Source: Takakia lepidozioides (Eukaryota > Plantae > Bryophyta). From it: 64,000 nucleotides of DNA. Below, one piece after another: positions 14,101 to 23,884 of this stretch (positions within the stretch are counted from its first letter, which is position 1; each line of letters begins with the position of its first letter). The notes under the pieces were generated by a model that was not told the DNA's origin, did no database searches, and saw nothing but the letters and a program-made list of their open reading frames with translations. The translations under genes were made by a program, and so were the position numbers. Where the stretch lies: NCBI GenBank assembly GCA_030704615.1, contig CM060733.1, positions 35,898,001 through 35,962,000 of the forward strand, read 5' to 3'.

Positions 14101-14400
14101 CCGTCTTGGTGGCCGGGGGTGTGCTCAACTGAGCATCCGAGCAACAACCTCCCGAATAGGAGAGCTGGCTGAGCCGGCCCTTGGCGCATCCAAGATATAG
14201 ACAAGAGGGGGGGTACTGGCCCGGGGGGCAGACGAGCCCTCCGGCTGCGGCTGTTGACGGGGCTGGTTAACCGTGAGACGCCCTGGCGCGTCACGCATGT
14301 CGGCAGAGCAAACAGATTGTCCGCCCCTTTCTTTGGGGCAGGGGACTTCTTCTCTTTCCCCATAAGCTAGCACCTGTCATGCAAACCCACAAGTTGGCCT
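11124..14400 (-). mobile_element. CACTA (En/Spm) element A: one terminus, GCGAC/GTCGC-rich subterminal region and TnpA-like gene
   Basis: Starts CACTACAGGAAAAGGGG exactly where the copia RT stops; about 700 bp of GCGAC/GTCGC subterminal repeats (11148-11845); opposite terminus not found; inner boundary approximate. Confidence 0.85.
12119..14373 (-). pseudogene. TnpA-like (Ptta/En/Spm-type) spliced gene of CACTA element A, disrupted
   Basis: Exons around 13582-14373, 12770-13476, 12490-12640 and 12119-12410. Segment VSWDALIAGETDAANKAKCDRAREATTVRLDKHKSTHKWGADG fits the W..L...K......H..G pattern of En/Spm TnpA-like proteins. Acidic tail; internal stops. Confidence 0.6.
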
Positions 14401-14479
14401 CATTAGGAAACAACCTCTACATTCCAGATCAAAAACAAAAAAAACCAAGCAGTCAGGGGCTGAGAGCAACAAGTGCTCG

Positions 14480-14587
14480 GGGTCTCGAGAGGGGGCAACA
14501 AAGAGAAAAGAAAAAGGTGGGGGGGAGTGACTGAGCACCACGGGCTCAGTCACCCCCCCCCCCCCCCCCCCATTTTTTTTTTTTTTG

Positions 14588-14627
<40 letters not shown>

Positions 14628-17600
14628 GCTGCTCACAAAAATAAACAAACCACAAGGGAGAGAGGGTGCAGAAAAAGTTAAAAAGATTGTACTCATAAGA
14701 CGTTGTTTGCCATAGCATTGTGGCCATTGACCCCGCACCCAGTTTGAGCGGAAACAAAAGGGACAGAACCTGCCTCTGTCAGGGGCTGACATTGGTAGTA
14801 AGACTTACCTTCATATATAGAATTTATCTGGGTTTTCCAAATATCCTCAAGAAATCCCTTCACACAAGCATCAATCTGATGTGTGTGATTTGCCCAATAA
14901 CTAGGCCTCAGGAGGGCCTGGGCTTTTGGCTCAGCCTTAAGACCTTCAAAGTTGGTAAACAGAGGTACAGGCACAATTCCCTTGATAGATTTGAAGAGAG
15001 CGTCTCTTTGGTGAGAGAACCCCGGACAGTGTATCAGAAAATGAGTACTGTCTTCAGATTGCCCACACAATGGGCAATTGCACTCTCCCTTTCCTCTCTA
15101 CTTTTGTTTGCTGTTCAAAGGTAGGCTTCCTGCCCTGAGTTTAAATTTCAGTCTAGTGCCGAGAGTGGGTAGACCCTTGAGGTCATCCAAGATGTCCTCC
15201 CCCATGTCACTGACTGGAAACAAGTTCAGGGAAGTTTTCTGCCTAACTTCATTTTCAACAGACAATCTCATGGCAACAGACATGGCTTTGGACACTACAG
15301 CCTCTAATCAGATTTATCAACCCATATTGCAGATCCATACTCCAAGGCAGGTCTAATAATGCGACAAAGCATGGTTTTCTTAACCTCAGAGTTGATCCCT
15401 CTGCAGAAAAAGTTAAAAAGAGAGAGGGAAGATATTTTTTGTCATGTCAAGACAAAGATAGGACCCCTAGGGTTGTTGTCAAGAATAAGAAGAATAATTA
15501 GACATATCAGCCACTTAACAGTGGCACCATCCATCAATCATCAAGCTCACAAAATCCAGAATTACATCCATGCACTGTAATGTGTTCATGTCAGTAATAT
15601 TCATAACCCAAAGAATATTTCACTGATGCTGATTGACCACCAGTCATGATCATGATACACATTCAAAGGTCTGGGTGGGATGGCGGATACTTGACCATAT
15701 TTTGGCCTTGATGTGGTGCAGGTCAAATGGTCATACAGATTTATTGTCCGCAAGCTGTAATCCAAGCATACTTACTCAAACCCCGTGGGTGTCATAGAGG
15801 GTTTTATTTTTTTTTTAAATTTTAAAGAACACTTGGATATCACAGATTTAAATACCTTGCCCTGCCAGTATTTGTTTAAACTAGTCTGCAGCACAGCTTG
15901 CCCCCACAGGGGAGGGGGATATGTCTGGTAAGTTTTCCAGAATACCCTTATACCATTATTTCTTGCTATAGCTGAAAATCAAAGCTCATGACACAGCAAG
16001 GTAAAAATAAAGGACTGCATACACATCATGTGTCAGTATATGATATTGTCAGCACACCCTTATTCACATCATTCCACGTTTGACCATGTCATTACACCAT
16101 GTCCAGGGGGTATTTCCACTTAACCACCCTGGCTACCTCAAAAACCAGTTACCAATTATATTGCTGCCATATTTCAGTGTCAGCCGAATAGCCACAGGCA
16201 GAATCTTCACCATACCCTGGCCTAAGCATCTAGCTAGCAAAGCTATCCGGGTTGGAACATAACAGGGGCATTTTACCAACATGGGTACCCGAGTAGCTGC
16301 AGCAAACAGTTCCTGGCAGTCTGTCATTTTGTTTCCAACTACCATAAAGTAAACAAAGCAAACTAGGGCCTGGAAAACAGATGTGTGTCTCTCACACAAG
16401 CCATCATAAACCCGGCTGTCACAACAAAGCAGAGGTCTTCCACTGGCTGGGCCGAAATGGCCCACCTTAGAAAGCATTACACTTGTTCTTCATAAATAAA
16501 GGAAGGAAAGAGGTAGGATCAAGAAAAACCATAGAGTAGTTTAGTTTTTCAACATTTTAAGATGTGTCCATGGCCAGCGATTCCTTCCCCAGCTCTGCAA
16601 CCCACTTGGCATCCAGCAACACCTAGACATCAGTATATTAAGTGGAAGCCCTCACCTGTGCCCATCCCAAAAACAACCACAACGCATTGTGAGTTAGTGA
16701 GGATGCACGAGGTGAGTAGCAAGCTTCCACACTTGCTATCGAGGTCAAATACACTTCAATCTAAGCGCATAGAATGCCAAAGAAAGCAGGGAAGCAAACC
16801 AAAAATAAACCTTTTTTACTGTTTGGGGGAGAGTCGTCATCTCTCCACAAGCCTAACCGTGTAGGGAGGACTCCGCCAGCACCACAGCACTGCTACCTTA
16901 ACCAAAGCAAAGTCTTGTCAAGCACAAGAAAAAAGAGCTTGGTCTCAAAAGGTAGGGAATATAAAGGGAGGAAGAGAGACTTCCTTATTCTACCAAGACG
17001 CCGCCATTCATCAAAGATCCAGAGGAGGGCTCCTTGGGAAACGTCATAAGCATGCAGGTGGTACCTCCGCCATCACTGCCGCGGTTCCCTTGTGCAACAA
17101 AAAAACAGACAACTGAGACACTGAATCTTCCCTCATCTCTAAGCCACCGCCATCGCCTTAAAGAGCCCGCCTAGGCGACGCTCACAGGAGCCATAAACAC
17201 TCAAGGATTGGCAGCTCAAGGTATCTGCAGCACGAGCACCATCGCTCCTCCCAAGCTGCCATCGCGCACGCTCTCGCAGCGCGAAAAGAAAGACATTGGG
17301 GTTGCGCAAGATTTTCCCCTGTCTGGCCCGTCATTCATCTTTCTCAGGATTAAAAACATCCGCCAACCTGTACGCCCGATGGACGTTGTCCGTTTCTCAT
17401 TCGCGGAAGATGAAAGACATCGTGCGTTCATCCCGTCTTGAACTCCACGGATGCAGTCCGCATTTCATCTAGGTTAGATGAAAAACATCGGGGGTTTATA
17501 CTTGTCTTGCCCTGTATTTAGGTCCTGTCAGATGAAGTCCTTTTTTCATCCAAGTTGGATTGAAAAAGTAGAAACTGACGGGAGTTTTGCAACTCACAGG

Positions 17601-17720
17601 TATTTAGTGAAGAAATGTTTCAATAGGGAAAGATTTGTATTTTGGATGAAAAAACATCCAAAATTCCCTGCAACCCAATTTTTCAGTTTTTTCAATTCGG
17701 GTCGACAATTCCATAAACCC
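14480..17720. repeat. Unclassified ~2.5 kb repeat unit, copy 1 (contains a LINE insertion)
   Basis: Shares with 17730-20150 the purine/pyrimidine hairpin module, the GAGAGGGAAGATA...AGCCACT.AACAGTGGCACCATCCATC block and a ~100 bp conserved core (16650-16750 vs 19147-19245). Confidence 0.7.
14687..15401 (-). mobile_element. 5'-truncated LINE (RTE-X-like) with a 20-bp TSD
   Basis: Encodes [15 protein letters not shown]...[24 protein letters not shown] (C-terminal CCHC of LINE ORF2). TSD TGCAGAAAAAGTTAAAAAGA at 14667-14686 and 15402-15421. An empty homologous site is visible at ~17935-17965. Confidence 0.88.
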
Positions 17721-17729
17721 AGTTTCCAA

Positions 17730-20150
17730 AGGGAGAAGGAGAGAGAGGGAGAGAGGGGGCAACAAAGAAAAAACAAAAAGGTGTGGGAAGGGGTGACTGA
17801 GCAGCTGAGCAGCTGCTACTGCGTCACTTCCCCCCCATCTTCCTCTTTTTCCTTGTGTTTCCTGATCTCTCCCTCTCCCTCTCTCCTCTCTCCCTTGCTG
17901 CTCGCAAAAAAATAAAAACCAGAGGGAAAGAGGGGGTAGAAAAAGTTAATAAGAGAGAGGGAAGATACTGTCTTGTCAGGGACATGGACAAGACCACTAA
18001 GGTCTTAGTCAAAAAAATAAATTGACAAATCAGCCACTAAACAGTGGCACCATCCATCTGCACCTTAAGAAATCCAGAATCAAACTTTTTCTTAAAAACA
18101 AGGGCATTAACCAAACTTCATTTGATAAAATCAGAGTAGGTTTCAGTTGATTTCAACATAGATGCCTGACATATTTTTGAACCTTTAAAGTCTTAAAATA
18201 TGGGTGGGAGGGTGGGAAGTTTTCCACATCCCTGTTTCCATATTTTAGACAACACATACAAGCCCAGAGCAGAATTGAAAGTCATCTCCTTGCTTTCATA
18301 ACATGGCCCTTCCAGAATGCAAAATATCTTTTACCATACTGCCAATGTATCTTGACTGTCCAGAGATAAAAGGCCAAAGAGACATCATGCTGTTTACTTA
18401 GCATATCCCTGATAATTGTTATGCATCCTGTGGAGATGCCGTTTATCAGGTTTTGCTATAGTGCTCCAAATGGGTATATTCCAGCACATACAAGCTCTAG
18501 CCTTTGTATCCCAAGTTTGCAGATACAAAAAGGCAAATACTGCCTTTCAATACAGTTCTGAAAGATTATTATTAAGCATCAAGTACAGATGCTATTTTCC
18601 AGGTATCCTTTGTATCAAAAAGCCATGCAGATGTTTAAATGTAACTGAAAATCCAGGCATGTATCCCATGTAACTCTGTAAGCCTAGTGTACATGTCTGA
18701 TGGATATTATCAGCATGTTAAAAATCTGTTTAGAGCAGTACAGATGTTATGGTATGAAAAAGAGATCTCACAATTAATACTGCAGGGTATCATAAACAGA
18801 ACAGTTGAAAAATTCCATACGGCCTGAGTGTCATGTAGATGCTAGGGGTTTGCGAAAAACAAACAAGTACCCCTTGTGGTTCTGAGAAAGACATATGCAG
18901 GTCAGAATAGTGACCAGCAAATAAAGTCATAAGTTTGGAACTTGATTGTCCCAAACTAGTAAACAAAGATCTTTATTGTCCTTGAATGACAAAAAACAAG
19001 ACATGAAGCTTTGTAGTTTGTGAAAACCAGAAAATCGAGATGGTACGATATTCCCTGATGAACGAGTCGGCAGGCAACAGCCCTTGTACCCTTGAAGAAA
19101 CCACGAAGCCCTGTATGCTTAGAAAATCATCATGTCAAATGACCACCCTCACCTGTGCTCCCAAAAACCACCACAAGAATATTGGGTGTTAGTGAGGATG
19201 CACGAGGTGAGTGGCAGGTAGTCATACTTGTTATCGATGTCCAACAATCAGAATTCAAGCAAAACAAGATGTACTAATTCCTAGGGTAGCAGACCAGATT
19301 TCAAAAAACCTTTGAACGATCTGGGGGATCCTAGCCATAGCTCCCTAGCCTGCAAATAAATTGAGCAAGACAGCAGCAAGCCCTTGCACCAAACACCACG
19401 ACGTCCTTGCAAACAGATTTGAACAAAGACAGTGAGCAGCTCCAACAGCTCCAACAGCTCCAAGTCCTAGTAAAATGAGACTGAGCAAAAAACATGAGCC
19501 AGTGCAAGCAAAGCATGCATTATAAAGAGGAAGGGTGCCTTCTTGTCTTGCATAAGGAGTGCCACCGTTCATAATTGCTTCAGGGCGAAGGATTCACAGA
19601 AACACTGAAGCAGCCTGTCATTCATAACTGCTGCATGAGTTCCCTCGGCAGCAATCACTTCAGCAAGGACGATAACCTTCCTGGATGTCCATAGAAGCGC
19701 TGGCGTTCATAATTGAACAATGAGGGATCATTCACATAATCCTTAAAAAAGCCAAGCAAGTGGTTATCGTAACCGCTTGCCTCAGCCCCCTGGCTTCTTC
19801 ATGCCGCCATCGCGCAAGAGATGTCAATGCGCAAAAGAGGAAATAGGGTTTGCATTGACGATTTAGTGTCAGGCTGCAACGTTCATCCAGATAATTAATT
19901 TATTCCAAAGCTGACAGTTTGTCAGTCAATGAAAGCTGTTAAGAATACTAGGATGAAAAGAACCAGGTTTATCGTAGCGATGGCCATTCCAGGATGCAGT
20001 ACTTCGTCATAACAGGATGAAAATGAGATGGAATCCCATCAGTATGCCACAAAACCATAGCAACTTAGGCCAAATAAAAGGGAATGAAACCAGTATGATT
20101 ATCATCCGTATTGTCAAGAAACTATATACATATGGAAGTAGGTGTAACTT
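17730..20150. repeat. Unclassified repeat unit, copy 2 (direct, diverged)
   Basis: Same ordered modules as copy 1; a third direct fragment begins at ~20165 (GAGAGAGGGAAGATA) and runs to ~20340. Confidence 0.7.
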
Positions 20151-20344
20151 AACCATATAAGAAGTGAGAGAGAGGGAAGATATTCACTGGACAGGACCCA
20201 TAAAGGTCATTGTCAATTAAAGACATAAACAGCCCTGGATAGGGCACTATCTCACATTTCCAGTCTTGTCAAATCATCCCAAAAGACACCACCCAATCAT
20301 CCAAGATAAAACAGGGTGGGAGGGCGGGGTTTGTTCTTGTGTGG

Positions 20345-22645
20345 GACAAGATAAGATATTTGATGACCCTGTGCATGCTGTAAGGCCTCTTGGTTCAGCC
20401 TGTATATGGGACCAGGTGAGGGCCCTCACTTAATATGATTCATGAAGCTTGCAATTGATTGAAACCTAGCAAGATGAAGTGAAGTCGACTCAAGCTGTTT
20501 CTTCAGGGAGCTGATTCAAATCTGCCCCCATATCTTGATCTTTCTGGCTATGCTTCCAACTCTTTCTGTTGAGCATTAGTGCATTAGATGAGCTTTACTA
20601 GAACACATACTTTCTATTAATGACTCTTGCATTTGATTTCTGCTACACTACATGATGGTGGTGGATTTGCTATTTACAGCCAAGCATGAGCTTTTGATTT
20701 CGGTTTATAGTACTAGTATGATGCTGTGGCTTGAATGATATCAAGCAGCTAAGTAAGAGGACATAGGGAACCCCAATCTTTTGTTTTTAGGCCATGTATG
20801 TTGTCTGATGCAAGCCATTTGGTTTCATGTCCTTCTTTACTTGTTTGTGACCTTGCAAGTACCGTACTGAAGCAGATACAGATTATCCCAAAACCTAAAA
20901 CGGGCTCTGGGATAGATTGGCTTTACTGCTATGGCATGTACCAAGCAGCACAGTAACCTGAAGGATCTTTTTGAACTCAGACAATATGTTTAGAGGTATC
21001 TTAAGACATCAAGGATTAAGCTCGTACAGGCCCTGTATATCTCTCTATACCTCCATGAACGCTTTGTGATATGGTAAACATTTTGCTAGAGTATATACTT
21101 GTTGTACCTTACTGAAGCCAGATTATGGAACATAATACAATATCTTCTGTTGTGTTCCCTGTTTACATACTGTTTAGAAATATCTACAGATATACAATGA
21201 AACCATGGGTGATGAAATTCAGCAATCTGAAGACTTGCTTTCCTGCTTTGCACAGTGGTAAAGTAGCAATATGTATAACTGCTTGCTACTCAACACCTTG
21301 TTACCACATTTATACAATGGCCCCAGACCTAAACCAGGTCTTGGGGCAAAAAAACAAGGTATGATGTCATACCCCTTATGTGTAAATGTTGTACAAGGCT
21401 GTCTACTGCTTTGATATGGCCATAAGGTTACATAAAAACTGGATTTTCCTTTCCAGACTGTCAATGTAATCATGGAGAGTAAATCTAGTAAGGTGAACAA
21501 GAATTTCCGCTATGAACTGTTGCTAATGTTACATCTGAAACATACACAGACATGGGATACATGACTGGGTCCCTGTTTGGATGAACATTAAAGCAACTCA
21601 TATAGTGAGGCGGATCTTTATGTAGGAGGTCATATGGTGTGCTAGCCATTGGGCTCCAGGCCAAGTATGTTGTTTACTGCAGGCCCTATGTTTTTCTGGA
21701 TTTCTTTACAGTCTGTGATAATCAGTAATCACTTGCTGCTCAAAACCTTTTGAATCCACTTATACACTGGCCCCAGACTGAAACCAGGTCTTGGGGCCAA
21801 AAACAAGATGTGTGGGCATTCCCTTCATGTGTAAATGGTTTAGAAACTGTTTACTGTTCTGATCTGGCCATTATGTTACATAAAAATTGGAACTTCTTCT
21901 CCAGTCTGTTAATGTGAGCATGGGTGGTAAACTTAGCAAGATAAACATGATTTTCCTGCTATGAACTGTTTCTAATATTCCATCTGAAGCATACCCTTGA
22001 TTGGGTCCCTGTCTGGATGAATATTAAAGTGAATCATATAATGAGGTGGATCTCTATATATCTCTATATATCTGAAGACTTGCCTTCTTGCTTTGCACAA
22101 TGGTAAAGTAGCAATATGTATAACTAAATGCTACTCAACACCTTGTTACCACATTTATATAATGGCCCCAGACCTAAACCAGGTCTTAGGGCAAAAAAAC
22201 AAGGTATGAGGTCATACCCCTTATGTGTAAATGGTTCACAATTTGTATGATGCTTTGATATGGCCATAAGATTACATAAAAACTGGAACTTCCTTTTCAG
22301 AGTGTTAATGTAATCATGGGGAGTAATGTTAGCAGGGTAAACAAGTTTTTCCTGCTATGAACAGTTGCTATTGTTACATCTGAAAGCACACCCACACATG
22401 TGATACATGATTGGGTCCCTTTTTGGACAAACATTATAATGAAGCATATACTAAAGCGGATTTTTATATAATCCCACCCCCCCACGCAAAAATTTCATGA
22501 ACCGTGAGATCTGTTATATGTCATCAGACTGGTTTATGAATGCAGATTGATAGTGCCTCGTTATGAGGCTGATTTGTCGTAAAAATTGACAAAGACCTTG
22601 TTTGGTCTTGTCCATGTCTCAACAAGACATTTTATCTTCCCTCTC
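20345..22645. repeat. Unclassified repeat unit, inverted copy, with internal ~350-400 bp triplication (21225-21622, ~21735-22058, 22070-22470)
   Basis: Ends with the reverse complement of the GAGAGGGAAGATA...GGACAAGACCA block (22590-22645). CAGGTGAGGG...CACTTAATAT at 20413 and CATGAGCTTT..GATTT..G.TATAG at 20685 match the minus strand of copy 1. Confidence 0.7.
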
Positions 22646-22822
22646 AGTTAGGAAGAAAACTTCCCTGAACCTATTTCCAATCTGTGACATGGGGGAGGAC
22701 ATCGTGGATGCACTCAAGGGTCTATCCCATTCTTGGCACCAGACCTAAATTTAAACTCAGGGCATGAAGACTACCTTTGAACAGTAAACAGAAGCAGAGA
22801 GGAAAGGGAAAGTGCAATTTCC
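22646..22822 (+). mobile_element. LINE fragment (same RTE-X-like family)
   Basis: Reverse-complement match to ~15075-15250. Confidence 0.8.
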
Positions 22823-23884
22823 CTGACGTACCTCTGTTGCTGCAGCAGCTGTTGCTACTGGTGCTTGAAGCGAGCTGGCGTGGAGAGCTGTTGCGGTGCT
22901 GTCGCGGCTGCCAGCGGCGCGGATCCCTGCCGCTGCAGGGCATCTCTCCCCCGCTCACCACGGCTCTCTATCTCTTCAGCTCGTTTAGGTCGCGCATCTA
23001 CGCGGTGTTCCTACCACACAGGGGAGAGAGACATCAGCCCGTGCTTAGGGCAAGAAAGCAAGAGAGAAAGTGAGGGAGGAGGCGGTGCTTACCTTGGGCG
23101 TTGGAGCGGCGTTGGGGCAAACTCCTTGGGGCTTTGCGACCACCTCAGGCTCAGCAGTAGATGCGTTTCTCCTCCACCCTAAACCCCACTCTCTGAACTA
23201 CCTCTCTCCCAAAACAAAAACGAAAATGGGAGGGGAAAGAGATGCTTCAAGCACTTAGGGAAAAAAAAGGGCGCGTCGCCTACGTGCGACGCCCGGCCGT
23301 TGCACGCCTGCACCCCGCCCTTTTTTTGAAATGTAAAAATAATATTTGCGACGGCCAGCCGTCGTTGCTTGCGACCCCCGGCCCCATAAAAAAAAAAAAA
23401 AACACGTCGCCCCCACGACGTCTTGCCGTCGCGGGGTGCGACCTCCAGGTAAAAAATGGAAAAAACTCGTCGTCAAATGCGACGCGAGGGTATCGCAGGA
23501 GGCGACGGCCGACATTTCTGGGTTTAGGGTTTAAGGCCTTTTGGGTTTCTTAGTTTTTTTTTTCCTCATATGGTACTGGGTTAGGGTGTTTGTTTTTCTT
23601 TATGGTGTTGGGTTTTGGATTGGCGGTTTTGGTTGTGGGTCTTGGGGTTAAAAGGATAAACGGTGTAATTAGGATTCACATACCCAAAATGTGGTTCAAT
23701 CTGATAATCACAAAGTGCTGGGTCTCAACAAAATTTTCCATGGTGTGGGCATCCTGAAGATAGAACGAGATGAAGTATTTATTGTCTTGGGCTCTAGCAC
23801 CATAGGGATGCTCCGCCTTTGGTTACCAATTTTGAAAGCCCCGAGGCTAAGGCATAGGGTTTTTTTGCCAATGGTTTTTGAGAA

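Noticed and set aside
21225-22470. CRISPR-like array (repeated hairpin with spacing)
   Set aside because: The intervening sequences are themselves homologous, the units are hundreds of bp, there are no cas genes, and the context is eukaryotic.
15900-22500. Tyrosine-recombinase (DIRS/Crypton) coding relics in the unknown repeat
   Set aside because: The partial manual translations and the ORF track showed no R..H..R/Y recombinase, RT or HUH motifs.
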